A stretch of 32,000 nucleotides of DNA, taken from NCBI GenBank assembly GCA_000091165.1, contig FP565575.1:300001-332000 (forward strand). Reading direction: 5' to 3'. Positions 8,310-18,652 of the stretch are shown in pieces; the stretch's first letter is position 1, and every line of letters starts with the position of its first letter. The notes under the pieces are model-generated. The model was not told where the DNA came from. It did not search any database and saw only the letters and a program-made list of their open reading frames with translations. A program made the translations under genes and the position numbers. The stretch is from Candidatus Methylomirabilis oxygeniifera (lineage in GTDB: Bacteria > Methylomirabilota > Methylomirabilia > Methylomirabilales > Methylomirabilaceae).

Positions 8310-9572
8310 ATGACGGCAGAGATGGTGCGGGAGCTTGGAACGGCAGCGCGGCTTGCGGCTCGGGCCCTCGCCATGGTGGTGCCGGAGGTGAAGAACCGTG
8401 CGGTGGCGGCCATGGCGGATGCGCTGTGGAGCGGCCGGACGGCGATCCTCTCAGCGAACGCGCTCGATCTGGCGGAAGCTAAGTCAGCGCACCATCCGTC
8501 TGCGTTGCTGGACCGACTGGCTCTCGACGAACGACGGATTGAGAAGATGGCGGCCGGCGTACGACAGGTGGCGGCGCTTCCCGATCCTGTCGGTGAGATC
8601 ACCGGAATGTGGCGCCGCCCAAACGGTCTGCTTGTCGGCCGGATGCGGGTACCGATCGGGGTCATCGGCGTCATCTATGAGGCCAGACCGGGGGTCACTG
8701 CCGACGCGGCGGCCCTCTGTTTGAAGTCCGGGAATGCCGTCATACTGAAAGGGGGTCGGGAGGCGATCCACAGCAACCGGGTTATCAGTAATCTGCTCGC
8801 GGACGCCGCCATATCACACGGTCTGCCCAAAGGCTGTGTGGCGTTCATCGATTCGGTTGATCGGGAGGCGGTGCATCACCTGCTGCAACTGACGGGGCTT
8901 GTGGACCTGATCATCCCTCGAGGAGGCGAGGAGCTGATTCGGGCGGTGCAGCGGACCTCAACGGTTCCGGTGTTGGCCCACGACAAAGGACTCTGTCACA
9001 CCTACGTCGATGAAGGCGCCGACCTGCAGATGGCCGAGGAGATCGCTTTTAACGCCAAGGTCGAACGACCGGGTGTGTGCAATGCTATGGAGAGCCTGCT
9101 GGTGCATGAGCGGGTGGCCGCGCTCATTCTGCCACGGATCGTCGGGCGGTTACAGGAGGCAGGGGTTGAGGTTCGGGGGTGTCATCGAACGATGGCCTTG
9201 GTTCAGGGTATTGCGCCTGCCACCGAGGCAGACTGGGATACCGAGTATCTCGACCTCATCCTGTCGGTCAAGGTCGTCGGCTCGTTTGACGAAGCGGTGG
9301 CGCACATCGCCGCGCACGGCTCCGGCCTGGCCGAGGCAATCGTCACGGCGGATCATGGCCGGGCTATGCGCTTCCTTCGGGAGGTCGATGCCGGCGCCGT
9401 CTTCGTCAACGCGTCTACTCGTTTTACTGACGGCTGGGAGTTCGGGATGGGAGCCGAGATGGGGATCAGTACACAGAAGCTCCACGCCCGTGGCCCGGTC
9501 GGCCTGACGGAGCTGACCTGCGAGAAGTTCATCATTTTCGGCGAAGGTCAGGTACGAGACTCGACCAAATGA
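8310..9572 (+). CDS. proA: Gamma-glutamyl phosphate reductase
   Basis: GVIYEARPGVTADAAALCLKSGNAVILKGG; EFGMGAEMGISTQKLHARGPVGL; follows proB. Confidence 0.96.
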   Translation: MTAEMVRELGTAARLAARALAMVVPEVKNRAVAAMADALWSGRTAILSANALDLAEAKSAHHPSALLDRLALDERRIEKMAAGVRQVAALPDPVGEITGMWRRPNGLLVGRMRVPIGVIGVIYEARPGVTADAAALCLKSGNAVILKGGREAIHSNRVISNLLADAAISHGLPKGCVAFIDSVDREAVHHLLQLTGLVDLIIPRGGEELIRAVQRTSTVPVLAHDKGLCHTYVDEGADLQMAEEIAFNAKVERPGVCNAMESLLVHERVAALILPRIVGRLQEAGVEVRGCHRTMALVQGIAPATEADWDTEYLDLILSVKVVGSFDEAVAHIAAHGSGLAEAIVTADHGRAMRFLREVDAGAVFVNASTRFTDGWEFGMGAEMGISTQKLHARGPVGLTELTCEKFIIFGEGQVRDSTK

Positions 9573-9599
9573 TGAGTAAAGCGCGAACCACGAAATGCG

Positions 9600-9645
9600 A
9601 AATCCCCCCAGTCCCCCTTTTGAAAATGGGGGTGCGGGGGGATTT
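9600..9645. repeat. G/C-rich palindromic dispersed element upstream of nadD
   Basis: AAATCCCCCC-AGT-CCCCCTTTT-G-AAAATGGGGG-TGC-GGGGGGATTT; 10-bp outer arms and an inner stem. Confidence 0.85.
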
Positions 9646-9655
9646 TAGGTCTACC

Positions 9656-10348
9656 ATGCATATCGGCGTGATGGGGGGGACATTCGACCCGATACACCTC
9701 GGTCACCTGCGGGCCGCCGAGGAGATCTACTGGGCCTTTGAGTTGGAGAGGATCATCTTTGTGCCTGCTGCCAGGCCTCCTCACAAAGAGGAGGAGTTCG
9801 AGGCCTCAGCCCAGCACCGATACGAGATGGTCTCGCTGGCGACTGTCTACACGCCATACTTCAGTGTCTCCCCGATTGAGCTGAGCCGACCGGGTCGATC
9901 TTACTCAGTTGAGACGCTCCGAGAGTTTCGGAAGCTCTATGGGGATGAGAGTACCATCTACTTCATCATGGGGGTCGATGCGTTCCTTGACATCGCCACA
10001 TGGAAGGACGTGCGGGAGTTGCTGGCACTGGCGCAGGTTATCGTGACTGCCCGTCCCGGCTGGCGGCTTGATGAAGTAGAACGCTCGATGACGCCTGAGC
10101 AGCGGCATCTCTTAGGGAATCCCGGATTCAAGTATATGAAGATTTCTGAGATCACGCGGGAAACCGTAACGGTACACAGTGAACCCCGCCCGGTTCTATT
10201 GGTTGAAGTGGTTTCGTTGGATATCTCCTCCAGCGAGATCCGGCAACTGGTGAGGGAGGGGAGGAGCATTCGACATCTGGTGACCGATACGGTGGCCGCA
10301 TACATAGGCAAAAATCGTCTGTATCAACCGGAACAAAAAGGTCCATAG
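9656..10348 (+). CDS. nadD: Nicotinate-nucleotide adenylyltransferase
   Basis: MHIGVMGGTFDPIHLGHLRAAEE; ISSSEIRQLVREGRSIRHLVTDTVAAYI. The ORF track start at 9569 reads through the palindrome; ATG 9656 preferred. Confidence 0.94.
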   Translation: MHIGVMGGTFDPIHLGHLRAAEEIYWAFELERIIFVPAARPPHKEEEFEASAQHRYEMVSLATVYTPYFSVSPIELSRPGRSYSVETLREFRKLYGDESTIYFIMGVDAFLDIATWKDVRELLALAQVIVTARPGWRLDEVERSMTPEQRHLLGNPGFKYMKISEITRETVTVHSEPRPVLLVEVVSLDISSSEIRQLVREGRSIRHLVTDTVAAYIGKNRLYQPEQKGP

Positions 10349-10352
10349 ACTG

Positions 10353-10787
10353 ATGCGAGACTTCGACGTGAGTTCACCCGAACGACGACCCGTATTGTCT
10401 GCCGACACGAGCGGGCGGATCGATACCGACGCGCTGTTGCAACTTGCAGTCGCGGCAGCCTTCGAGGTAAAGCCAACCTCGCTGGTCCACCTTGACCTCC
10501 GGGGTCTCTGCTCCTTCACCGACCATTTTCTTATTGTGAGCGCCCCATCGGCCCGGCAGGTCCGGGCCATTGCCGAACGGATTGAGGAGCAGCTTCGGGA
10601 AGTACACATTCGGTTGTCCCATCGGGAGGGCGACCTCGAGGCCCGTTGGATTCTTCTTGACTACAGTGATGTAATCATTCATATTTTCGACGAAGAAATG
10701 CGACAGTACTATGATCTGGAGGGGTTGTGGGCTGACGCGCCGAAACGGGAGCTGGTTCAGGGCGGATCATCGGTTTCCCTGAGCTAA
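10353..10787 (+). CDS. rsfS: Ribosomal silencing factor RsfS (YbeB/Iojap family)
   Basis: DLRGLCSFTDHFLIVSAPSARQVRAIAERIEE; WILLDYSDVIIHIFDEEMRQYYDLEGLWADA; follows nadD. Confidence 0.93.
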   Translation: MRDFDVSSPERRPVLSADTSGRIDTDALLQLAVAAAFEVKPTSLVHLDLRGLCSFTDHFLIVSAPSARQVRAIAERIEEQLREVHIRLSHREGDLEARWILLDYSDVIIHIFDEEMRQYYDLEGLWADAPKRELVQGGSSVSLS

Positions 10788-10813
10788 GTTGTGACAATGG
10801 AGTCGTACCCGTG

Positions 10814-10844
10814 AAGCGGAGGGCATATGAGCCCCGCTTTTTTT
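10814..10844 (+). terminator. Rho-independent terminator after rsfS
   Basis: AAGCG-ga-GGGC-atatga-GCCC-CGCTT followed by a T run. Confidence 0.75.
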
Positions 10845-11027
10845 ATCAGCGCTCAGTCGTCAACGGTCAGCTTGCAGTGGCTGCATGAGTACACACTGTG
10901 GTGGTCTTATAGAACGCTCACATTACGTTGGTCTGAGGCCGACGGCGGATGACTGACAGCTTGTGCCTTTCTTATCGCTGGAATGGCCTGTCTGCGTGCG
11001 GCCATACACAGGCAGGGAGGTGACGGG

Positions 11028-11381
11028 ATGCCGTTGAGGGCAGCGATCCTGGAACGACTAAAGGAAAAGCTGTTGGAGAAACGACGCGCGTTGATTAACA
11101 CAGTGCGGGAGAAGCGCGCAGACAATCTGGAGGGCGGTAGCGATGGCACGCAGGACATTGCCGATCAAGCCACAACAGCCTACACGAAGGAGTTTCTGCT
11201 CTCCATCAGCGATACTGAACGCCAGTTACTGAAGCAGGTAGATGCCGCCCTGGACAAGATGCGGCTGAAGAAGTACGGCGAATGCGAACGATGCGGTGAG
11301 CCGATCAGCGAGAAGCGGCTCGATGCATTGCCGTTCGCCCGATTTTGTATTGCCTGCCAGGAGGAAGAGGAACGGAGCTAA
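11028..11381 (+). CDS. DksA/TraR family C4 zinc-finger protein
   Basis: CERCGEPISEKRLDALPFARFCIAC zinc finger after a coiled-coil; ATG 11028 with GGAGG at 11016-11020. Confidence 0.85.
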   Translation: MPLRAAILERLKEKLLEKRRALINTVREKRADNLEGGSDGTQDIADQATTAYTKEFLLSISDTERQLLKQVDAALDKMRLKKYGECERCGEPISEKRLDALPFARFCIACQEEEERS

Positions 11382-12115
11382 AGGAACTACTGGCGGCCTT
11401 TTTTCATCTTATCTTTCCCTCCCCTTGCCGAGCGTGCCATCAACCCCTGGATGCTGCTCGCCGTTCTCTCATCTGTGGCCGCTGCTGGCTTAAGATTCGA
11501 CTCGTTTCTGAACCGTTCTGTTCCCGCTGCGGCAGGCCGTTTGCTTCGCCGATTGCCCTCAAAGAAAGTCCTGAACACCTGTGCGGTTCCTGTCGGGAAC
11601 GGTTTCCGCCGTATTCCATGGCAAGGGCTGCCTCGTTATACGAAGCCGGCGGGACAATGCGCCAGGCCATCCTCCTGTTCAAGTATGGTGGTCGTCCTCT
11701 GTTCGCCCGCCATCTGGGTCGTCTGATGGTCGAGGCGGCCGGACGACTCTTTGATCCCCGTGAGTTTGAGGCGCTGATTCCTGTTCCGCTCCATCCCGGA
11801 CGACAGCGCGCGCGAGGCTTTAACCAAGCCGCACTGTTGGCGAGGGAGGTCGGGCGCGGTTTCGGTCTTGATGTTGGTAAGCGTGTGCTTGGGCGGATCC
11901 GGGCGACGGAGGCTCAAAGTGGGGGTCGACGAGAGCGAGAGGAGAACGTCAAGGGAGCGTTTGTCGTTATACGGCCCGATGGCGTGAAGGGCAAAAAGCT
12001 TCTGCTGATTGACGATGTCTTTACGACCGGCGCGACCGCCGCCGAGTGCGCCAGGACCCTCCTCGCCGCAGGTGCCGCAGACGTCGGGGTTTACACCCTC
12101 GCCAGGGTCGAATAA
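11345..12115 (+). CDS. comF: ComF family phosphoribosyltransferase-like protein
   Basis: CRACHQPLDAARRSLICGRC and CSRCGRPF; VFTTGATAAECARTLLAAGA. Start uncertain; overlaps the preceding gene. Confidence 0.83.
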   Translation: MYCLPGGRGTELKELLAAFFHLIFPSPCRACHQPLDAARRSLICGRCWLKIRLVSEPFCSRCGRPFASPIALKESPEHLCGSCRERFPPYSMARAASLYEAGGTMRQAILLFKYGGRPLFARHLGRLMVEAAGRLFDPREFEALIPVPLHPGRQRARGFNQAALLAREVGRGFGLDVGKRVLGRIRATEAQSGGRREREENVKGAFVVIRPDGVKGKKLLLIDDVFTTGATAAECARTLLAAGAADVGVYTLARVE

Positions 12116-12351
12116 CAGCGCCCAGGCCTTCTCCACCCCCGCCTGTTCACACACTTAATAGGACTTGCCAGAAGCCGAACAATATGTCTTAAATAGTCCA
12201 CCTTGAAACGCGAAAAAGGCGTTGGTGCCTGCAGGCGAGAGGGGAGGTGGTGTGGCCGTGAGGGTCGGGTAAGACACCATCCGCGCATCGGCTTTTGAAC
12301 CGAACACACGAGAATTGTCGCGCGCATGTCCGAAGAAAGGAGGACATTCCC

Positions 12352-12627
12352 ATGAAACGACTGCTCACTGCCGGGGTGATGGTCGGTCTGCTTGTGTCGG
12401 GGACCTCGATCTCGTGGGCTGCCACTAACTTGAATTCATCGAAGAGCAACATTAACCGGGTTCCTGGACAAGCAGGCGATCAGGTGAAAGGGACGACGAC
12501 GGCTGCTGCGCCCGCTACTCAAGATCCTTGCGCAAGTGTCAAGAACGATCCGAACCAATATGCCAAGTGTCAGGATGCGACGAAGCCTGCCGGTCTGAAA
12601 CACTCCCCGCGTCGAGGGGGCTATTGA
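12352..12627 (+). CDS. Small predicted secreted protein, unknown function
   Basis: MKRLLTAGVMVGLLVSGTSISWAA signal peptide, about 91 aa; GGAGG-like RBS upstream. Confidence 0.65.
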   Translation: MKRLLTAGVMVGLLVSGTSISWAATNLNSSKSNINRVPGQAGDQVKGTTTAAAPATQDPCASVKNDPNQYAKCQDATKPAGLKHSPRRGGY

Positions 12628-12735
12628 TCCCAGCGCAGTCCGACCGGGTGGCGAGTTGAGTCGACCGGTTATTCGATGGATTGAAGGAGTGAGCGACGAG
12701 CGGACAAAAAATTCTAAGAGGTTGACCTTAAGGGA

Positions 12736-12764
12736 TTGACATTTCGGAGCAGGGGCGCTATAAA
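12736..12764 (+). promoter_or_regulatory. Sigma70-type promoter upstream of gap
   Basis: TTGACA (12736-12741), 17 bp spacer, TATAAA (12759-12764). Confidence 0.72.
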
Positions 12765-12824
12765 AAGGGGCTGATTTGCCTTCTAGGGGGTACCTTGTGC
12801 TCATTTCCGCGTCCATCGGAATAA

Positions 12825-13865
<1,041 letters not shown>

Positions 13866-13963
13866 TCGTTCATTCGACGTACGGGCGGGTTAAATCCCGC
13901 CCGTACATTTGATGTCCGATGCGCGTCGCGTATACTTTTCCTCGTACTGTGTAAGGAAGAATC

Positions 13964-15152
13964 ATGGCCAAACTATGTATCGATGACCTGGAGCTCTCAG
14001 GGAAACGGCTTCTGATTCGCGTCGATTTCAACGTCCCGATCGACGAGCAAGGGACGATCACCGACGATACGCGGGTCCGCGCTGCCCTCCCAACGATCAG
14101 CTATGCGATCCGGCATGGCGCAAAGGTCTTACTCATCTCGCACCTTGGCCGGCCAAAGGGCGGACCCAACCCGAAGTTCAGCCTCAGACCGGTAGCCGGG
14201 CGGCTGGCTGCATTGCTGGGGGGTCCGGGTCCAGATGGCGGAGGATTGCGTAGGGGCGGAGGTGAAGGCCAGGATCGACAGGATGGGACCAGGGGACGTG
14301 CTGATGCTGGAGAACTGCCGCTTTCATCCGGAGGAAGAAAAGAATGACGAAGTGTTCTCCGGAGCGCTGGCGGGGCTATGCGATCTATATGTCAACGACG
14401 CCTTCGGTACGGCACACCGCGCCCACGCCTCTACGGTCGGTGTGACACGATTCGTCAAACAGTCGGCATGCGGTTTTCTCATGCAGACGGAGCTCAAGCA
14501 GCTCGGAGCGTTACTTGACTCGCCGAAGCGTCCTTTTATCGCCATCCTCGGCGGCGCCAAGGTGTCGGATAAGATCGGGGTTCTCGCCAATCTACTTCCG
14601 AAGGTGGACAGTTTTCTGATCGGCGGGGGCATGGCCTATACATTCTTGAAGGCTCAAGGGCAGGAGGTGGGGAGCTCTCGGGTGGAGGCCGACGGACTGA
14701 GGATCGCACAGGAGACGATGGAGCAGGCCGGCCGTTCGAGTGTAGGCATTCATCTGCCCAGTGACCATGTGATTGCCGAGCGAATCGATGCAGACGCACC
14801 GACCAGGCAGGTGGATGGGAGCATTCCTGTCGGTTCGATGGGTCTTGACATCGGTCCCGCGACGATCAGCCGGTTCACTCAGGAGGTGAGACGCGCCAAA
14901 ACGATTCTGTGGAACGGGCCGATGGGCGTCTTCGAGCTGTTGCCTTTCCGGGAAGGGACGTTTGCCCTGGCCAAGGCGGTCGCAACCTCCGGTGCGCATT
15001 CAGTGATCGGGGGCGGCGATACAGCCGCCGCTGTCGTCCAAGCCGGAGTTGCTGACCAGATGACTCATATTTCTACGGGTGGCGGCGCATCCCTGGAGTT
15101 TCTGGAAGGGAAGGAACTGCCGGGCATCGCCGCGCTCACAGATAAGAACTAG
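13964..15152 (+). CDS. pgk: Phosphoglycerate kinase, split in two frames by a +1 shift at a G6 run
   Basis: ORF 13964..14347 carries the N-terminus ([15 protein letters not shown]); ORF 14235..15152 carries the rest ([20 protein letters not shown]). Deleting one G at 14218-14223 joins them as [14 protein letters not shown]. Confidence 0.92.
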
Positions 15153-15244
15153 GGTAATAGGGTATAGCGTTTAGGGTATAGTCGCAGGGTCTTTGAAAGC
15201 ATTTACCCTAAACCCTAAACCCCACACCCTCTACCCTGTACCCT
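15151..15244. repeat. Paired inverted heptamer array (pgk-tpiA gap)
   Basis: Left 15151-15192 (6 x 7): AGGGTAA TAGGGTA TAGCGTT TAGGGTA TAGTCGC AGGGTCT. Spacer of 10. Right 15203-15244 (6 x 7): TTACCCT AAACCCT AAACCCC ACACCCT CTACCCT GTACCCT. Confidence 0.9.
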
Positions 15245-15254
15245 AGGATTTGAC

Positions 15255-16013
15255 ATGCGGATCCCAGTCATTGCCGGTAACTGGAAGATGTACAAAACTC
15301 CTTCCGAGGCCATCGTACTGGCGGAGGGAGTGGTAAGAGCTTTGTCGTCGCTCAATGGGCCGGAGTTGGTAGTGTGTCCTCCATTCACGGCGCTTGCTGC
15401 CGTTGGTCAGGTCGTTGCCGGATCTCGAATAGGCCTTGGCGGTCAGGACCTGCATTGGGCAAAGGAGGGGGCCTACACCGGAGAGGTGTCGGCTGACATG
15501 CTCAGGGATATCGGATGCCGCTATGTCATCATCGGCCACTCCGAGCGGCGGCAGTACTTCGGAGAGACCGATGAGTGTGTGAATAAGAAGAGTCGGGCGG
15601 CCTTGGCGAGCAACCTGATCCCGATCGTCTGTGTCGGCGAGACCCTCACCGAGCGAGAGGCGGGACGCGCCGATGCTGTTGTAGAGACTCAGCTCAAAGG
15701 GGCGCTGTCGGGTCTTGTGCCCGAGCAGGTTCGACGGCTTATCCTCGCGTATGAGCCGGTCTGGGCTATCGGTACAGGAAAAACGGCCACCCCGAGCCAG
15801 GCCGAGGAGATGCACGCATATATCCGCAAGACCATCGCTATGCTGTTCGATGCCGAGATGGCTTACGGTATCCGCATCCTCTACGGAGGAAGCGTCAAGC
15901 CGGATAATGCCAAGGAGCTGCTGGAGCGAGCTGAGATCGACGGTGCACTGATTGGCGGGGCAAGCCTGCAGCCCGAGTCATTTGCAGCGATCGCAGCAGC
16001 CGCAAATAAATAG
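15255..16013 (+). CDS. tpiA: Triosephosphate isomerase
   Basis: [40 protein letters not shown] and GGSVKPDNA. Confidence 0.97.
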   Translation: MRIPVIAGNWKMYKTPSEAIVLAEGVVRALSSLNGPELVVCPPFTALAAVGQVVAGSRIGLGGQDLHWAKEGAYTGEVSADMLRDIGCRYVIIGHSERRQYFGETDECVNKKSRAALASNLIPIVCVGETLTEREAGRADAVVETQLKGALSGLVPEQVRRLILAYEPVWAIGTGKTATPSQAEEMHAYIRKTIAMLFDAEMAYGIRILYGGSVKPDNAKELLERAEIDGALIGGASLQPESFAAIAAAANK

Positions 16014-16097
16014 AGGGTGTTGGGTGGAGGGGGTAGGGGGTAGAATAAAGAAGAGAGATTCTTCAGTTGTTTCCCCGACACCCTATACCCTAGTTTT
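16013..16097. repeat. Paired inverted heptamer array (tpiA-secG gap)
   Basis: Left: GAGGGTG TTGGGTG GAGGGGG TAGGGGG TAGAATA. Right 16070-16097: TTTCCCC GACACCC TATACCC TAGTTTT. Confidence 0.75.
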
Positions 16098-16110
16098 TAA
16101 GGAGGTATGA

Positions 16111-16482
16111 ATGGTTATCGCACTTTCCGTTATACATCTGCTTATTGCGCTGGTTCTTATTGTGATTGTGCTCCTCCAGAGCGGCAAGGGGGCCGACATC
16201 GGTGCCGCCTTTGGCGGCGGCTCGAGTCAGACCGTCTTTGGTGGGCGCGGCGCTGCGACCTTCCTGAGCAAGCTGACTCTGGCAGCGGCCGTTCTCTTTA
16301 TGGTCTCATCCATTATACTGACTATTTGGTCAGAGCGTAGGGGTAGTTCCTCAGTGATTACAGAGGAACGGGTCGGGCAGACCGCCCCAGCTCCCGCATC
16401 TCCTCCGGCTGATGCCCCGGCGCCGCCAACGTCTCCGGCCGGACAGACGCCGCCAGCGCAGGTCCCTTCAGCCGCTAAGTAA
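16111..16482 (+). CDS. secG: Preprotein translocase subunit SecG
   Basis: Two TM segments around LLQSGKGADIGAAFGGGSSQTVFGGRG; GGAGG at 16101-16105. Confidence 0.92.
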   Translation: MVIALSVIHLLIALVLIVIVLLQSGKGADIGAAFGGGSSQTVFGGRGAATFLSKLTLAAAVLFMVSSIILTIWSERRGSSSVITEERVGQTAPAPASPPADAPAPPTSPAGQTPPAQVPSAAK

Positions 16483-16491
16483 CAAGAACGC

Positions 16492-16824
16492 ATGTCCCGC
16501 TTGCGCAGCGCCCTTGCACACGCGTTTGCACTGAGCGGGCAAGATAGTCGGCTCGAAGCGGAAGATCTTGCCTTGTTGGATCGTTGTGCCCGCTTGCTCG
16601 CCGACCGCGGTCTTGTGACCCCTGCGATATTCCTGGTGGAGTCGCTCGTCCCGCTCGGTTTCCTCGCCGGTCAACTGGTTCATGCCCTGACACCGATCAT
16701 GGGAATGGTTGCCTCCCTCGATGATGTCGAACGGCTCGCACGTGTGCTGGAGCGCCGAGACGCTCCGGCCGTCTTTATCGACAGGCTCCGACTCATAGAG
16801 GAGGAACAACGTTATGAGTCGTGA
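16492..16824 (+). CDS. Uncharacterised protein, first gene of GlmL-like gene group
   Basis: Overlaps the next ORF (16814) by 11 nt; RBS-like GAGGAAC at 16799-16805. Confidence 0.65.
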   Translation: MSRLRSALAHAFALSGQDSRLEAEDLALLDRCARLLADRGLVTPAIFLVESLVPLGFLAGQLVHALTPIMGMVASLDDVERLARVLERRDAPAVFIDRLRLIEEEQRYES

Positions 16825-18607
16825 GATGACGGCGATTCTGGCTACCGACTGCGGGAGCACGACGACCAAAGCGATCCTGATCGAAAAGGTAGGGGAGGAG
16901 TATCGCCAGACCTTCCGCGGCGAGTCTCCGACCACCGTCGAGGCGCCGTTCGACGATGTGACCCGCGGCGTGCTGAACGCCGTCCAGGAGGTGGAGGAAC
17001 TGTCCGGGCGGAAGCTTCTGGATGGAGAGAGGATCGTGACGCCTGCCGAGGGGGGTCGCGGGGTTGACCTCTATGTCTCGACGAGCAGCGCCGGCGGCGG
17101 TCTCCAGATGATGGTGGCAGGCGTCGTGATGGCCATGACCGCCGAAAGCGCCCAACGGTGCGCCCTCGGTGCCGGCGCCATTGTCATGGACGTACTGGCC
17201 GGCAACGATGGGAGGGCGGCCCACGAGAAGATCGAGCGAATCCGGGTTCTGAGACCCGATATGATCTTGCTGTCCGGCGGGACCGATGGCGGAACGATCT
17301 CACACGTGGTGGAACTGGCGGAGTATATCCGGGCGGCCGATCCAAGACCCAGGCTCGGTGGGAGCTTTAAGCTGCCGGTTATCTTCGCCGGGAACAAAGA
17401 TGCGCGAAACCGGGTTCAGGAGATTCTGGGCGACCGGACGGCTCTCGTCATGACCGACAACATTCGACCCATTCTTGAGCGGGAGAATCTCGGACCGGCC
17501 CGCCACACGATCCACGACCTCTTTCTCGAACATGTCATGGCTCAGGCGCCGGGATATGGAACGCTTATGGGGTGGACAGGCGCGCCGATCATGCCGACGC
17601 CTGCTGCTGTCGGGTACATTATGGAGAGGGCGGCGAAAGCGCAGGGATTGAACCTGCTGGGTGTAGACATCGGGGGCGCCACTACCGATGTGTTCTCAGT
17701 GGTGGACGGACAATTCACCCGGACAGTCAGCGCCAATCTGGGAATGAGTTACAGTGTAAGTAATGTCCTGGCGGAGGCCGGTATTGAAAAGATCGAGCGA
17801 TGGCTGGCCGAGCCGATTGCAGAGCAGGAGTTGCGGAATCGGATCAAGAACAAGATGATCCGGCCCACCACGATCCCTCAGACACTCGCGGACCTGGCCC
17901 TGGAGCAGGCGATTGCGAGAGAGGCGCTTCGTCTTGCCTTTGATCAGCACAAGGCATTGGCAGTGAGCCTGAAGGGCGTTCAGCAAGAACGGACTATCGC
18001 GGATGCCTTCGAGCAGGAGGAGGGTGGGAAGAGCCTGATTGATCTGTACAGGATCGACCTCATCATCGGGAGTGGCGGGATCCTCTCCCATGCGCCACGC
18101 CGCGTCCAGGCGATGATGATGATGATCGATGCCTACCAGCCGCTTGGACTGACGCAATTAGCGGTGGACAGCATCTTCATGATGCCCCACCTCGGTGTGT
18201 TGTCTCAGGTCAATGAGCGAGCCGCCACCGAGGTGTTCCTGAAAGACTGTCTGGTTCCACTGGGCAGTTGCCTGGCTGCCGAGGGGAGGGCGAAGCGCGG
18301 CGAGCCATGTTTTGCGTATACCATCCGATCTACAGATGGTCGGCAAGCGCAGGGTGCCCTTCGCTTCGGGGAGATCGTTCGCCTCGATCTGCAGTCCGGA
18401 GCCGAAGCCGAGTTGCAGGTGGAGCCGTCGAAGAGCTTTGATCTGGGTGCCGGCAAAGGAAAACCGGTCACGCTGAAGGTGAAAGGCGGTGTAGTCGGGC
18501 TGATCCTGGATGCGAGAGGACGGCCGCTCTACCTGGCAGAGGACGAGTCGGAGCGGATCGTCCAATTGCGCGCCTGGGCCGACGCGGTCGATCTGTATCA
18601 GACATAA
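16814..18607 (+). CDS. GlmL/MutL-family (methylaspartate mutase accessory-like) ASKHA-type ATPase
   Basis: TAILATDCGSTTTKAILIEKVGEEYRQTFRGESPTTVEAPFDDVT; LLGVDIGGATTDVFSV; IIGSGGILSHAP. Confidence 0.85.
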   Translation: MSREMTAILATDCGSTTTKAILIEKVGEEYRQTFRGESPTTVEAPFDDVTRGVLNAVQEVEELSGRKLLDGERIVTPAEGGRGVDLYVSTSSAGGGLQMMVAGVVMAMTAESAQRCALGAGAIVMDVLAGNDGRAAHEKIERIRVLRPDMILLSGGTDGGTISHVVELAEYIRAADPRPRLGGSFKLPVIFAGNKDARNRVQEILGDRTALVMTDNIRPILERENLGPARHTIHDLFLEHVMAQAPGYGTLMGWTGAPIMPTPAAVGYIMERAAKAQGLNLLGVDIGGATTDVFSVVDGQFTRTVSANLGMSYSVSNVLAEAGIEKIERWLAEPIAEQELRNRIKNKMIRPTTIPQTLADLALEQAIAREALRLAFDQHKALAVSLKGVQQERTIADAFEQEEGGKSLIDLYRIDLIIGSGGILSHAPRRVQAMMMMIDAYQPLGLTQLAVDSIFMMPHLGVLSQVNERAATEVFLKDCLVPLGSCLAAEGRAKRGEPCFAYTIRSTDGRQAQGALRFGEIVRLDLQSGAEAELQVEPSKSFDLGAGKGKPVTLKVKGGVVGLILDARGRPLYLAEDESERIVQLRAWADAVDLYQT

Positions 18608-18611
18608 CGTT

Positions 18612-18646
18612 CCACTGACCACTGTAAACTTAACACTAAACACTGC
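18612..18646. repeat. Heptamer tract, 5 units
   Basis: CCACTGA CCACTGT AAACTTA ACACTAA ACACTGC, immediately before ATG 18653. Confidence 0.6.
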
Positions 18647-18652
18647 CCCCCA

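Noticed and set aside
9569-9655. N-terminal extension of nadD
   Set aside because: It is encoded by proA's end and the palindromic repeat; NadD similarity begins at MHIGVMGGTFDPIH (9656).
12190-12350. Known riboswitch (c-di-GMP, cobalamin, fluoride) upstream of the small secreted protein
   Set aside because: I compared it by eye with the remembered consensus cores and found no convincing match; it is only reported as a possible structured leader.
14235-15152. Separate truncated Pgk-like paralogue
   Set aside because: The two ORFs are complementary halves of one Pgk, overlap at the G6 run, and join into a normal sequence by removing one base.
15151-15244. CRISPR array
   Set aside because: Units are 7 bp, contiguous and degenerate with no unique spacers. 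No cas genes are nearby. I saw no CRISPR array anywhere in the window.
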